64,000 nt of DNA from Escherichia coli (lineage in GTDB: Bacteria > Pseudomonadota > Gammaproteobacteria > Enterobacterales > Enterobacteriaceae). Made by a program: the position numbers and the translations under genes. The stretch lies in NCBI RefSeq assembly GCF_003334405.1, contig NZ_QOWM01000004.1; one strand, written 5' to 3'. The notes below the pieces were generated by a model, which did not search any database, was not told the origin of the DNA, and saw only the letters and a list, made by a program, of their open reading frames with translations. The first letter of the stretch is position 1, and every line of letters begins with the position of its first letter. Shown in pieces: positions 23,323 to 36,103 of this stretch.

Positions 23323-23456
23323 CACGGAACAGGTGCAAAATCGGCGTATTTTGATTACACTCCTGTTAATCCATACAGCAACAGTACTGGGGTAACCTGG
23401 TACTGTTGTCCGTTTTAGCATCGGGCAGGAAAAGCCTGTAACCTGGAGAGCCTTTC

Positions 23457-26400
23457 TTGAGCCAGGAATACACTGAAGACAAAGAAGTCACATTGACAAA
23501 GTTAAGTAGCGGCCGCCGCCTTCTGGAGGCGTTGCTGATCCTTATTGTCCTGTTTGCCGTCTGGTTGATGGCTGCCTTACTAAGCTTTAACCCTTCGGAC
23601 CCCAGCTGGTCGCAAACGGCCTGGCATGAACCTATCCATAATTTAGGTGGGATGCCCGGTGCGTGGTTGGCAGATACGCTGTTCTTTATTTTTGGCGTGA
23701 TGGCTTACACCATTCCCGTCATTATTGTCGGCGGTTGTTGGTTTGCCTGGCGTCATCAGTCCAGCGACGAATACATTGATTATTTTGCCGTTTCGCTACG
23801 CATCATTGGCGTTTTGGCGCTCATCCTTACCTCCTGTGGTCTGGCGGCAATCAACGCTGACGATATCTGGTATTTTGCCTCCGGTGGCGTCATTGGCAGC
23901 TTACTAAGCACTACGCTACAACCACTGCTACACAGTAGCGGGGGAACTATTGCGCTGCTCTGCGTTTGGGCAGCGGGCCTGACGTTGTTCACCGGTTGGT
24001 CATGGGTGACCATTGCTGAAAAACTCGGCGGCTGGATTTTAAACATTCTCACCTTCGCCAGTAATCGTACCCGTCGCGATGATACCTGGGTCGATGAAGA
24101 TGAGTATGAAGACGACGAAGAGTATGAAGATGAAAATCACGGCAAACAGCATGAATCACGCCGTGCCCGTATTCTTCGCGGCGCGCTAGCGCGTCGTAAA
24201 CGGTTGGCGGAAAAATTCATTAATCCGATGGGGCGGCAAACAGACGCTGCGTTGTTCTCCGGTAAGCGGATGGATGATGACGAAGAGATTACCTACACTG
24301 CACGCGGTGTGGCTGCCGACCCGGACGACGTCCTATTTTCGGGCAATCGTGCAACGCAGCCAGAATATGACGAATACGATCCATTATTAAACGGTGCGCC
24401 AATTACCGAACCTGTCGCTGTAGCAGCTGCTGCTACCACGGCGACACAAAGCTGGGCTGCGCCGGTTGAACCTGTGACTCAGACGCCGCCTGTTGCCTCT
24501 GTTGATGTTCCACCTGCGCAACCTACAGTAGCCTGGCAGCCTGTACCGGGTCCACAAACGGGAGAGCCGGTTATTGCTCCTGCACCGGAAGGTTACCCAC
24601 AGCAGTCACAATATGCGCAGCCTGCAGTGCAATATAATGAGCCGCTGCAACAACCAGTACAGCCGCAGCAGCCGTATTATGCACCTGCAGCTGAACAACC
24701 TGCGCAACAGCCGTATTATGCCCCTGCGCCAGAACAACCGGTGGCAGGTAACGCCTGGCAAGCCGAAGAGCAGCAATCCACTTTTGCTCCACAGTCTACA
24801 TACCAGACTGAGCAAACTTATCAGCAGCCAGCCGCTCAGGAGCCGTTGTACCAACAGCCGCAACCCGTTGAACAGCAGCCTGTTGTGGAGCCTGAACCCG
24901 TTGTAGAAGAGACAAAACCCGCGCGTCCGCCGCTTTACTACTTTGAAGAAGTTGAAGAGAAGCGAGCCCGTGAACGTGAACAACTTGCGGCCTGGTATCA
25001 ACCGATTCCAGAACCGGTTAAAGAACCAGAACCGATCAAATCTTCGCTGAAAGCACCTTCTGTTGCAGCAGTACCTCCAGTAGAAGCCGCTGCCGCTGTT
25101 TCCCCGCTGGCATCTGGCGTGAAAAAAGCGACACTGGCGACGGGGGCTGCCGCAACCGTTGCCGCGCCAGTCTTCAGTCTGGCAAATAGCGGTGGACCGC
25201 GTCCTCAGGTCAAAGAGGGGATTGGTCCGCAGTTGCCACGACCGAAACGTATCCGCGTGCCAACTCGTCGTGAACTGGCGTCTTACGGTATTAAGCTGCC
25301 CTCACAGCGTGCGGCGGAAGAAAAAGCCCGTGAAGCCCAGCGCAATCAGTACGATTCTGGCGATCAGTACAACGATGATGAAATCGATGCGATGCAGCAG
25401 GATGAACTGGCACGTCAGTTCGCCCAGACACAGCAGCAACGCTATGGCGAACAGTATCAACATGATGTGCCCGTAAACGCAGAAGATGCAGATGCTGCGG
25501 CAGAGGCTGAACTGGCTCGTCAGTTTGCGCAAACTCAACAACAACGTTATTCCGGCGAACAACCGGCTGGGGCGAATCCGTTCTCGCTGGATGATTTTGA
25601 ATTTTCGCCAATGAAAGCGTTGCTGGATGATGGTCCACACGAACCGTTGTTTACGCCAATTGTTGAACCTGTACAGCAGCCGCAACAACCGGTTGCACCG
25701 CAGCAGCAATATCAGCAGCCGCAACAACCAGTTCCGCCGCAGCCGCAGTATCAGCAGCCACAACAGCCGGTTGCGCCGCAGCCACAATATCAGCAGCCGC
25801 AACAACCGGTTGCGCCACAGCAGCAATATCAGCAGCCGCAACAACCGGTTGCGCCGCAGCAGCAGTATCAGCAGCCACAACAGCCAGTTGCGCCACAACC
25901 GCAGGATACCCTGCTTCATCCGCTGTTGATGCGTAATGGCGACAGCCGTCCGTTGCATAAACCGACGACGCCGCTGCCTTCTCTGGATTTGCTGACACCG
26001 CCGCCGAGCGAAGTGGAGCCGGTAGATACCTTTGCGCTTGAACAAATGGCTCGCCTGGTGGAAGCGCGTCTGGCTGATTTCCGTATTAAAGCCGATGTCG
26101 TCAATTACTCTCCGGGGCCGGTTATCACTCGCTTTGAATTGAACCTGGCACCGGGCGTAAAAGCGGCGCGCATTTCTAACTTGTCACGGGACCTTGCCCG
26201 TTCACTTTCGACGGTGGCGGTGCGTGTCGTTGAAGTTATTCCTGGCAAACCCTATGTAGGTCTGGAGTTACCGAATAAAAAACGACAAACCGTTTATCTG
26301 CGCGAAGTTTTGGATAACGCCAAATTCCGCGATAATCCGTCGCCATTAACCGTGGTGCTGGGTAAAGATATCGCCGGTGAGCCGGTGGTTGCCGATCTGG

Positions 26401-27446
26401 CGAAAATGCCGCACTTGTTGGTTGCGGGGACTACCGGTTCCGGTAAATCTGTCGGTGTGAACGCGATGATCCTGAGCATGCTTTATAAAGCACAGCCAGA
26501 AGATGTGCGTTTCATCATGATCGACCCGAAAATGCTGGAGCTTTCGGTTTATGAAGGCATTCCGCATCTGTTAACGGAAGTCGTTACTGATATGAAAGAT
26601 GCCGCCAACGCGCTGCGCTGGTGTGTTAACGAGATGGAGCGTCGGTATAAACTGATGTCTGCGCTGGGTGTGCGTAATCTGGCGGGTTATAACGAAAAAA
26701 TTGCTGAAGCCGATCGCATGATGCGTCCGATTCCAGACCCGTACTGGAAGCCGGGTGACAGTATGGATGCCCAGCATCCGGTGCTGAAAAAAGAACCATA
26801 CATTGTGGTGTTGGTTGACGAATTTGCCGACCTGATGATGACGGTAGGTAAAAAAGTGGAAGAGCTGATAGCACGTCTGGCGCAAAAAGCCCGTGCCGCG
26901 GGTATCCACCTCGTACTGGCAACTCAGCGTCCATCGGTTGATGTTATTACTGGTCTGATTAAAGCGAATATTCCGACCCGTATCGCCTTTACCGTATCCA
27001 GTAAGATTGACTCACGTACCATTCTTGATCAGGCTGGCGCGGAATCACTGCTGGGTATGGGGGATATGCTCTACTCTGGGCCGAACTCCACGTTGCCGGT
27101 ACGTGTCCATGGTGCTTTTGTTCGCGATCAGGAAGTTCATGCCGTGGTGCAGGACTGGAAAGCGCGTGGTCGCCCACAGTATGTTGATGGCATCACCTCC
27201 GACAGCGAAAGCGAAGGTGGTGCGGGTGGTTTCGATGGCGCTGAAGAACTGGATCCGTTGTTCGATCAGGCGGTGCAGTTTGTCACTGAAAAACGCAAAG
27301 CGTCAATTTCTGGCGTACAGCGTCAGTTCCGCATTGGTTATAACCGTGCAGCGCGTATTATCGAACAGATGGAAGCGCAGGGGATTGTCAGCGAACAGGG
27401 GCACAACGGTAATCGTGAAGTGCTGGCCCCACCGCCGTTTGACTAA
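23457..27446 (+). CDS. ftsK: DNA translocase FtsK (N-terminal membrane domain, Pro/Gln-rich linker, C-terminal RecA-like motor and gamma domain)
   Basis: 1329-aa ORF; the only in-frame start giving the recognised MSQEY... N-terminus is TTG at 23457-23459; Walker A GTTGSGKS; long PQ-rich linker. Confidence 0.9.
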   Translation: MSQEYTEDKEVTLTKLSSGRRLLEALLILIVLFAVWLMAALLSFNPSDPSWSQTAWHEPIHNLGGMPGAWLADTLFFIFGVMAYTIPVIIVGGCWFAWRHQSSDEYIDYFAVSLRIIGVLALILTSCGLAAINADDIWYFASGGVIGSLLSTTLQPLLHSSGGTIALLCVWAAGLTLFTGWSWVTIAEKLGGWILNILTFASNRTRRDDTWVDEDEYEDDEEYEDENHGKQHESRRARILRGALARRKRLAEKFINPMGRQTDAALFSGKRMDDDEEITYTARGVAADPDDVLFSGNRATQPEYDEYDPLLNGAPITEPVAVAAAATTATQSWAAPVEPVTQTPPVASVDVPPAQPTVAWQPVPGPQTGEPVIAPAPEGYPQQSQYAQPAVQYNEPLQQPVQPQQPYYAPAAEQPAQQPYYAPAPEQPVAGNAWQAEEQQSTFAPQSTYQTEQTYQQPAAQEPLYQQPQPVEQQPVVEPEPVVEETKPARPPLYYFEEVEEKRAREREQLAAWYQPIPEPVKEPEPIKSSLKAPSVAAVPPVEAAAAVSPLASGVKKATLATGAAATVAAPVFSLANSGGPRPQVKEGIGPQLPRPKRIRVPTRRELASYGIKLPSQRAAEEKAREAQRNQYDSGDQYNDDEIDAMQQDELARQFAQTQQQRYGEQYQHDVPVNAEDADAAAEAELARQFAQTQQQRYSGEQPAGANPFSLDDFEFSPMKALLDDGPHEPLFTPIVEPVQQPQQPVAPQQQYQQPQQPVPPQPQYQQPQQPVAPQPQYQQPQQPVAPQQQYQQPQQPVAPQQQYQQPQQPVAPQPQDTLLHPLLMRNGDSRPLHKPTTPLPSLDLLTPPPSEVEPVDTFALEQMARLVEARLADFRIKADVVNYSPGPVITRFELNLAPGVKAARISNLSRDLARSLSTVAVRVVEVIPGKPYVGLELPNKKRQTVYLREVLDNAKFRDNPSPLTVVLGKDIAGEPVVADLAKMPHLLVAGTTGSGKSVGVNAMILSMLYKAQPEDVRFIMIDPKMLELSVYEGIPHLLTEVVTDMKDAANALRWCVNEMERRYKLMSALGVRNLAGYNEKIAEADRMMRPIPDPYWKPGDSMDAQHPVLKKEPYIVVLVDEFADLMMTVGKKVEELIARLAQKARAAGIHLVLATQRPSVDVITGLIKANIPTRIAFTVSSKIDSRTILDQAGAESLLGMGDMLYSGPNSTLPVRVHGAFVRDQEVHAVVQDWKARGRPQYVDGITSDSESEGGAGGFDGAEELDPLFDQAVQFVTEKRKASISGVQRQFRIGYNRAARIIEQMEAQGIVSEQGHNGNREVLAPPPFD
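25674..25907 (+). repeat. About six tandem copies of a 39-bp (13-aa [13 protein letters not shown]) in-frame repeat inside the ftsK linker
   Basis: Translation reads [13 protein letters not shown] / [13 protein letters not shown] / [13 protein letters not shown] / ... in direct succession; the DNA units are near-identical. Confidence 0.85.
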
Positions 27447-27604
27447 CTAATGCATCGTATGCCGGATAAGGCGCGGTAGCGTCGCATCCGGCACTCTATC
27501 AACTGAAAATTCAGTATTTTCTTCTTTCCTCAAGCTGATTATTAGCCTGGAATAGAGAGTAGAGGGAACTCCCGATCGGGAGTGACGTAATTTGAGGAAT
27601 AATG

Positions 27605-28216
27605 ATGAAAAAAATTGCCATCACCTGTGCATTACTCTCAAGCTTAGTAGCAAGCAGCGTTTGGGCTGATGCCGCAAGCGATCTGAAAAGCCGCCTGGAT
27701 AAAGTCAGCAGCTTCCACGCCAGCTTCACACAAAAAGTGACTGACGGTAGCGGCGCGGCGGTGCAGGAAGGTCAGGGCGATCTGTGGGTGAAACGTCCAA
27801 ACTTATTCAACTGGCATATGACACAACCTGATGAAAGCATTCTGGTTTCTGACGGTAAAACACTGTGGTTCTATAACCCGTTCGTTGAGCAAGCTACGGC
27901 AACCTGGCTGAAAGATGCCACCGGTAATACGCCGTTTATGCTGATTGCCCGCAACCAGTCCAGCGACTGGCAGCAGTACAATATCAAACAGAATGGCGAT
28001 GACTTTGTCCTGACGCCGAAAGCCAGCAATGGCAATCTGAAGCAGTTCACCATTAACGTGGGACGTGATGGCACAATCCATCAGTTTAGCGCGGTGGAGC
28101 AGGACGATCAGCGCAGCAGTTATCAACTGAAATCCCAGCAAAATGGGGCTGTGGATGCAGCGAAATTTACCTTCACCCCGCCGCAAGGCGTCACGGTAGA
28201 TGATCAACGTAAGTAG
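27605..28216 (+). CDS. lolA: Periplasmic lipoprotein chaperone LolA
   Basis: ORF from 27602 (ATGATG); second ATG chosen to give [21 protein letters not shown] signal peptide. Confidence 0.9.
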
Positions 28217-28226
28217 AGGCACCTGA

Positions 28227-29570
28227 GTGAGCAATCTGTCGCTCGATTTTTCGGATAATACTTTTCAACCTCTGGCCGCGCGTATGCGGCCAGAAAATTT
28301 AGCACAGTATATCGGCCAGCAACATTTGCTGGCTGCGGGGAAGCCGTTGCCGCGCGCTATCGAAGCCGGGCATTTACATTCTATGATCCTCTGGGGGCCG
28401 CCGGGTACCGGCAAAACAACTCTCGCTGAAGTGATTGCCCGCTATGCGAACGCTGATGTGGAACGTATTTCTGCCGTCACCTCTGGCGTGAAAGAGATTC
28501 GCGAGGCGATCGAGCGCGCCCGGCAAAACCGCAATGCAGGTCGCCGCACTATTCTTTTTGTTGACGAAGTTCACCGTTTCAACAAAAGCCAGCAGGATGC
28601 ATTTCTGCCACATATTGAAGACGGCACCATCACTTTTATTGGCGCAACCACTGAAAACCCGTCGTTTGAGCTTAATTCGGCACTGCTTTCCCGTGCCCGT
28701 GTCTATCTGTTGAAATCCCTGAGTACAGAGGATATTGAGCAAGTACTAACTCAGGCGATGGAAGACAAAACCCGTGGCTATGGTGGTCAGGATATTGTTC
28801 TGCCAGATGAAACACGACGCGCCATTGCTGAACTGGTGAATGGCGACGCGCGCCGGGCGTTAAATACGCTGGAAATGATGGCGGATATGGCCGAAGTCGA
28901 TGATAGCGGTAAGCGGGTCCTGAAGCCTGAATTACTGACCGAAATCGCCGGTGAACGTAGCGCCCGCTTTGATAACAAAGGCGATCGCTTTTACGATCTG
29001 ATTTCCGCACTGCATAAGTCGGTACGTGGTAGCGCACCCGATGCGGCGCTGTACTGGTATGCGCGAATTATTACCGCTGGTGGCGATCCGTTATATGTCG
29101 CGCGTCGCTGTCTGGCGATTGCGTCTGAAGACGTCGGTAATGCCGATCCACGGGCGATGCAGGTGGCAATTGCGGCCTGGGATTGCTTTACTCGCGTTGG
29201 CCCGGCGGAAGGTGAACGCGCCATTGCTCAGGCGATTGTTTACCTGGCCTGCGCGCCAAAAAGCAACGCTGTCTACACTGCGTTTAAAGCCGCGCTGGCC
29301 GATGCTCGCGAACGCCCGGATTATGACGTGCCGGTTCATTTGCGTAATGCGCCGACGAAATTAATGAAGGAAATGGGCTACGGGCAGGAATATCGTTACG
29401 CTCATGATGAAGCAAACGCTTATGCTGCCGGTGAGGTTTACTTCCCGCCGGAAATAGCACAAACACGCTATTATTTCCCGACAAACAGGGGCCTTGAAGG
29501 CAAGATTGGCGAAAAGCTCGCCTGGCTGGCTGAACAGGATCAAAATAGCCCCATAAAACGCTACCGTTAA
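28227..29570 (+). CDS. rarA: Replication-associated recombination protein A (AAA+ ATPase)
   Basis: 447-aa ORF with GTG start at 28227; Walker [10 protein letters not shown]; Walker [10 protein letters not shown]. Confidence 0.9.
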
Positions 29571-29639
29571 TGTTATCGTTGCGGTAATGTTGTTACTGTA
29601 TCCCTGTGGTCGCAGGCTGTGGCCACATCTCCCATTTAA

Positions 29640-30953
<1,314 letters not shown>

Positions 30954-30973
30954 TACCCAATTTTTCTGAATCT

Positions 30974-30999
30974 AAAAAGCGCCTGCGGGCGCTTTTTTT
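30974..30999 (+). terminator. Rho-independent terminator downstream of serS
   Basis: agcgcc-tgcg-ggcgct hairpin followed by T7. Confidence 0.75.
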
Positions 31000-31191
31000 G
31001 TCTCCCTTTGATACCGAACAATAATTACTCCTCACTTACACGTAATACTACTTTCGAGTGAAAATCTACCTATCTCTTTGATTTTCAAATTATTCGATGT
31101 ATACAAGCCTATATAGCGAACTGCTATAGAAATAATTACACAATACGGTTTGTTACTGGAATCAATCGTGAGCAAGCTTGAGTGAGCCATT

Positions 31192-33636
31192 ATGAAAACG
31201 AAAATCCCTGATGCGGTATTGGCTGCTGAGGTGAGTCGCCGTGGTTTGGTAAAAACGACAGCGATCGGCGGCCTGGCAATGGCCAGCAGCGCATTAACAT
31301 TACCTTTTAGTCGGATTGCGCACGCTGTCGATAGCGCCATTCCAACAAAATCAGACGAAAAGGTTATCTGGAGCGCCTGTACAGTTAACTGTGGTAGTCG
31401 CTGCCCGCTACGTATGCACGTCGTGGACGGTGAAATCAAATATGTCGAAACGGACAATACCGGCGATGACAATTACGACGGCCTGCACCAGGTTCGCGCC
31501 TGCCTGCGTGGGCGTTCCATGCGTCGCCGTGTCTACAATCCGGACCGCCTGAAATATCCGATGAAACGAGTCGGGGCGCGCGGTGAAGGCAAATTCGAGC
31601 GCATTAGCTGGGAAGAAGCCTACGACATCATCGCGACCAATATGCAGCGCCTGATCAAAGAGTACGGCAACGAGTCTATCTATCTGAACTATGGCACCGG
31701 TACGCTGGGCGGCACCATGACCCGCTCCTGGCCGCCGGGAAATACCCTGGTCGCGCGGCTGATGAACTGCTGCGGCGGCTATCTGAACCATTACGGCGAC
31801 TACTCCTCCGCGCAAATTGCGGAAGGTTTGAACTATACCTACGGCGGCTGGGCAGATGGCAACAGCCCGTCGGATATCGAAAACAGTAAGCTGGTAGTGC
31901 TGTTTGGTAATAACCCTGGCGAAACGCGAATGAGTGGCGGTGGGGTGACTTACTATCTTGAACAGGCACGCCAGAAATCTAATGCCCGCATGATCATCAT
32001 CGATCCGCGCTATACCGACACCGGTGCCGGGCGCGAAGATGAGTGGATCCCTATTCGTCCGGGAACAGATGCCGCACTGGTTAACGGTCTGGCGTACGTC
32101 ATGATCACTGAAAACCTGGTGGATCAGGCATTCCTCGATAAATATTGCGTTGGCTACGATGAGAAAACCCTGCCAGCCAGTGCGCCGAAAAATGGCCACT
32201 ATAAAGCTTATATTCTGGGTGAAGGGCCAGATGGCGTGGCTAAAACGCCGGAATGGGCCTCGCAAATCACTGGTGTTCCGGCAGACAAAATCATCAAATT
32301 GGCTCGTGAAATCGGTAGTACCAAACCGGCGTTTATCAGCCAGGGATGGGGCCCGCAGCGTCACGCTAACGGTGAAATCGCAACCCGTGCTATCTCGATG
32401 CTGGCGATTCTGACCGGTAACGTTGGTATTAACGGAGGCAACAGCGGCGCGCGTGAAGGTTCATACAGCTTACCGTTTGTCCGTATGCCGACCTTGGAAA
32501 ACCCGATCCAGACCAGCATTTCGATGTTTATGTGGACCGATGCCATTGAACGTGGCCCGGAAATGACGGCGCTGCGTGATGGTGTACGCGGGAAAGATAA
32601 GCTGGATGTGCCGATCAAAATGATCTGGAACTATGCCGGTAACTGCCTGATTAACCAGCATTCTGAAATCAACCGTACCCATGAAATCCTTCAGGATGAT
32701 AAGAAGTGCGAGCTGATTGTGGTTATCGACTGCCACATGACCTCATCGGCGAAATATGCTGACATCCTGCTGCCTGACTGCACCGCTTCCGAACAGATGG
32801 ACTTTGCGCTGGATGCATCCTGCGGGAATATGTCTTACGTGATTTTCAACGATCAGGTGATTAAACCGCGCTTTGAATGTAAGACCATCTATGAAATGAC
32901 CAGCGAACTGGCAAAACGTCTTGGCGTTGAGCAACAGTTTACTGAAGGCCGTACCCAGGAAGAGTGGATGCGGCATCTGTATGCCCAGTCGCGGGAAGCG
33001 ATTCCTGAACTGCCAACGTTTGAAGAGTTCCGCAAGCAGGGGATCTTTAAAAAGCGCGACCCACAAGGGCATCACGTTGCTTATAAAGCCTTCCGTGAAG
33101 ATCCGCAGGCAAACCCACTGACTACGCCATCGGGCAAAATTGAGATTTATTCGCAGGCGCTGGCTGACATTGCCGCTACCTGGGAATTGCCTGAAGGCGA
33201 TGTGATCGATCCACTGCCGATCTACACGCCGGGCTTTGAAAGTTATCAGGATCCGCTGAACAAACAGTATCCGCTGCAGCTTACAGGTTTCCACTATAAA
33301 TCTCGCGTTCACTCAACTTACGGCAACGTTGATGTGCTGAAAGCGGCTTGCCGTCAGGAAATGTGGATCAACCCGCTTGATGCCCAAAAACGCGGTATCC
33401 ACAACGGCGATAAAGTCAGGATCTTTAACGATCGTGGTGAGGTTCATATTGAGGCGAAAGTGACGCCACGAATGATGCCGGGTGTGGTCGCACTGGGTGA
33501 AGGTGCCTGGTATGACCCGGATGCAAAACGTGTCGATAAGGGTGGTTGTATTAACGTACTGACCACTCAACGTCCGTCTCCTCTCGCTAAGGGGAATCCG
33601 TCACATACAAACCTTGTTCAGGTTGAAAAGGTGTAA
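31192..33636 (+). CDS. dmsA: DMSO reductase catalytic subunit (molybdopterin, Tat-exported)
   Basis: 814-aa ORF; twin-arginine signal SRRGLVKTTAIGGLAMA; Cys-rich CTVNCGSRCPLRMH cluster motif. Confidence 0.95.
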   Translation: MKTKIPDAVLAAEVSRRGLVKTTAIGGLAMASSALTLPFSRIAHAVDSAIPTKSDEKVIWSACTVNCGSRCPLRMHVVDGEIKYVETDNTGDDNYDGLHQVRACLRGRSMRRRVYNPDRLKYPMKRVGARGEGKFERISWEEAYDIIATNMQRLIKEYGNESIYLNYGTGTLGGTMTRSWPPGNTLVARLMNCCGGYLNHYGDYSSAQIAEGLNYTYGGWADGNSPSDIENSKLVVLFGNNPGETRMSGGGVTYYLEQARQKSNARMIIIDPRYTDTGAGREDEWIPIRPGTDAALVNGLAYVMITENLVDQAFLDKYCVGYDEKTLPASAPKNGHYKAYILGEGPDGVAKTPEWASQITGVPADKIIKLAREIGSTKPAFISQGWGPQRHANGEIATRAISMLAILTGNVGINGGNSGAREGSYSLPFVRMPTLENPIQTSISMFMWTDAIERGPEMTALRDGVRGKDKLDVPIKMIWNYAGNCLINQHSEINRTHEILQDDKKCELIVVIDCHMTSSAKYADILLPDCTASEQMDFALDASCGNMSYVIFNDQVIKPRFECKTIYEMTSELAKRLGVEQQFTEGRTQEEWMRHLYAQSREAIPELPTFEEFRKQGIFKKRDPQGHHVAYKAFREDPQANPLTTPSGKIEIYSQALADIAATWELPEGDVIDPLPIYTPGFESYQDPLNKQYPLQLTGFHYKSRVHSTYGNVDVLKAACRQEMWINPLDAQKRGIHNGDKVRIFNDRGEVHIEAKVTPRMMPGVVALGEGAWYDPDAKRVDKGGCINVLTTQRPSPLAKGNPSHTNLVQVEKV

Positions 33637-33646
33637 GGAGTAACCG

Positions 33647-34264
33647 ATGACAACCCAGTATGGATTTTTTATTGATTCCAGCCGTTGCACCGGTTGCAAA
33701 ACCTGCGAGCTGGCCTGTAAAGACTACAAAGATTTGACGCCAGAAGTCAGCTTCCGCCGCATTTATGAATATGCTGGCGGCGACTGGCAGGAAGATAACG
33801 GTGTCTGGCACCAGAACGTGTTTGCCTACTATCTGTCGATTTCATGTAACCACTGCGAAGATCCGGCTTGTACTAAAGTCTGCCCGAGCGGTGCGATGCA
33901 TAAACGTGAAGATGGTTTTGTTGTGGTCGATGAAGATGTGTGCATTGGCTGCCGCTACTGCCATATGGCTTGCCCGTATGGCGCACCGCAATATAACGAA
34001 ACGAAAGGCCATATGACCAAATGCGATGGTTGTTATGACCGTGTTGCGGAGGGTAAAAAGCCGATCTGTGTTGAATCTTGTCCGCTGCGGGCGCTGGATT
34101 TCGGCCCTATCGACGAGCTGCGTAAAAAACATGGCGATCTGGCGGCCGTTGCGCCGTTGCCGCGAGCTCACTTTACCAAACCGAATATTGTGATCAAACC
34201 CAATGCCAATAGCCGCCCGACCGGGGATACCACTGGCTATCTGGCAAACCCGAAGGAGGTGTGA
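33647..34264 (+). CDS. dmsB: DMSO reductase Fe-S subunit (four 4Fe-4S clusters)
   Basis: 205-aa ORF with four Cys-cluster motifs (CTGCKTCELAC, CNHCEDPACTKVC, CIGCRYCHMAC, CDGC...CVESC). Confidence 0.95.
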   Translation: MTTQYGFFIDSSRCTGCKTCELACKDYKDLTPEVSFRRIYEYAGGDWQEDNGVWHQNVFAYYLSISCNHCEDPACTKVCPSGAMHKREDGFVVVDEDVCIGCRYCHMACPYGAPQYNETKGHMTKCDGCYDRVAEGKKPICVESCPLRALDFGPIDELRKKHGDLAAVAPLPRAHFTKPNIVIKPNANSRPTGDTTGYLANPKEV

Positions 34265-34265
34265 G

Positions 34266-35129
34266 ATGGGAAGTGGATGGCATGAATGGCCGCTGATGAT
34301 CTTCACGGTCTTCGGGCAATGTGTAGCAGGTGGTTTTATCGTTCTGGCTTTGGCGCTGCTCAAAGGCGACCTGCGAGCAGAAGCCCAGCAGCGTGTTATC
34401 GCCTGCATGTTTGGTTTATGGGTGCTGATGGGCATTGGCTTTATCGCCTCTATGCTCCATCTTGGTTCACCAATGCGCGCTTTTAACTCGCTCAACCGGG
34501 TAGGGGCTTCAGCACTCAGTAACGAAATCGCCAGCGGTTCGATCTTTTTTGCCGTAGGCGGCATCGGCTGGTTGCTGGCAATGCTGAAAAAGCTGTCACC
34601 GGCATTGCGTACGCTGTGGCTGATAGTGACGATGGTTCTTGGCGTCATCTTTGTCTGGATGATGGTGCGTGTGTATAACAGCATTGATACCGTTCCGACC
34701 TGGTACAGCATCTGGACGCCGATGGGCTTCTTCCTGACGATGTTTATGGGCGGCCCGTTACTGGGTTACCTGTTGTTGAGTCTGGCTGGCGTCGATGGCT
34801 GGGCGATGCGTCTGCTGCCAGCAATTTCTGTACTGGCACTGGTAGTGAGTGGCGTGGTGTCAGTGATGCAGGGCGCAGAGCTGGCGACTATTCATAGTTC
34901 TGTGCAGCAGGCCGCAGCGCTGGTGCCGGACTATGGTGCGCTGATGTCCTGGCGGATCGTGCTTTTGGCCGTTGCCCTGTGCTTGTGGATTGCACCACAG
35001 CTAAAAGGTTATCAGCCTGCGGTTCCGCTACTTTCTGTATCATTCATTCTGCTTCTGGCAGGGGAATTAATCGGTCGCGGCGTATTCTATGGTTTGCATA
35101 TGACCGTGGGGATGGCCGTCGCAAGCTAA
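34266..35129 (+). CDS. dmsC: DMSO reductase membrane anchor subunit
   Basis: ORF 34203..35129 trimmed to ATG at 34266 (MGSGWHEWPLMIFTVFGQ); polytopic hydrophobic protein. Confidence 0.9.
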   Translation: MGSGWHEWPLMIFTVFGQCVAGGFIVLALALLKGDLRAEAQQRVIACMFGLWVLMGIGFIASMLHLGSPMRAFNSLNRVGASALSNEIASGSIFFAVGGIGWLLAMLKKLSPALRTLWLIVTMVLGVIFVWMMVRVYNSIDTVPTWYSIWTPMGFFLTMFMGGPLLGYLLLSLAGVDGWAMRLLPAISVLALVVSGVVSVMQGAELATIHSSVQQAAALVPDYGALMSWRIVLLAVALCLWIAPQLKGYQPAVPLLSVSFILLLAGELIGRGVFYGLHMTVGMAVAS

Positions 35130-35163
35130 TCATAACAACCGGGGTTTCGGCCCCGGTTCTCTT

Positions 35164-35790
35164 TTATTTCTGCTTCGTTAACGTGTCATAACTGGTCATC
35201 AAATTACGATAATCAGGAATGTGGTTAGAGAACAACGTCGCCAGTCCTTCAATATCATTACGCCAGTCGCGATGCAGCTCGCACGCCACGCCGAACCATG
35301 TCATCAATTGCGCACCAGCTTGCGACAAGCGATCCCATGCCGAATGCCGGGTAATTTCATTAAAGGTCCCTGACGCGTCAGTCACGACAAAGACGTCAAA
35401 CCCTTCTTCAATGGCTGAAAGCGCCGGGAATGCCACGCAAACTTCGGTTACCACACCGGCAATAATTAACTGTTTTTTACCTGTCGCTTTGACAGCTTTT
35501 ACAAAATCTTCGTTATCCCAGGCGTTAATATTTCCCGGGCGAGCAATGTAAGGTGTATCGGGGAATTGTGCTTTCAGTTCTGGAACTAATGGGCCGTTAG
35601 GACCGGTTTCAAAACTGGTGGTAAGAATAGTTGGTAAGTTGAAATACTTAGCCAGGTCACCCAGCGCCAGCACGTTATTTTTAAACTTATCGGGTTCGAT
35701 ATCCCGTACAAGGGAAAGTAAACCAGCCTGGTGATCAACAAGCAAAACGGCAGCATCATTTTTATCAAGACGAACATACGGTTTGGTCAT
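35164..35790 (-). CDS. ycaC: Isochorismatase-family hydrolase
   Basis: 208-aa ORF MTKPYVRLDKNDAAVLLVDHQAG, isochorismatase-like fold signature. Confidence 0.85.
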   Translation of the reverse strand: MTKPYVRLDKNDAAVLLVDHQAGLLSLVRDIEPDKFKNNVLALGDLAKYFNLPTILTTSFETGPNGPLVPELKAQFPDTPYIARPGNINAWDNEDFVKAVKATGKKQLIIAGVVTEVCVAFPALSAIEEGFDVFVVTDASGTFNEITRHSAWDRLSQAGAQLMTWFGVACELHRDWRNDIEGLATLFSNHIPDYRNLMTSYDTLTKQK

Positions 35791-36103
35791 CCTCTTCTCC
35801 TTTCGAGAGTCAGTGGTACGTCTGAAATCGATCAGACGCGATGCATTGCTCTGAAAGCATAGACGGGAAATATGAGTTTGCTGTGACCATGAAATTTTTC
35901 GACTGAACGAAGCGTATGAAATTTGTGTTAGTTCAATAAAAACAATCAGATGAGACTAATCATCTCTTCAGCATTAGCGTTATGAATGAGTAATATAAAT
36001 CGATAATACCGCCGCTGGGATATCGCGTATTTTCACCCATTGACAATGTTTTTGGCGGTGGCATGATGCGCATGAAATTTGAACTTCCTCACGGTTTTAA
36101 TTC

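Noticed and set aside
25302-26045. 247-aa minus-strand ORF, with further overlapping ORFs at 25651..25998 and 25627..25929, inside ftsK
   Set aside because: They lie antisense to, or out of frame with, the repetitive PQ-rich ftsK linker. Low-complexity repeats generate long stop-free frames. Products are Arg/Leu- or Ala-rich low-complexity strings with no start context.
31070-31100. Possible FNR site upstream of dmsA (ttgattttcaaatt)
   Set aside because: Only one good half-site (TTGAT); the second half deviates from ATCAA. Left unannotated pending a matrix scan or comparison with the mapped dmsA promoter.
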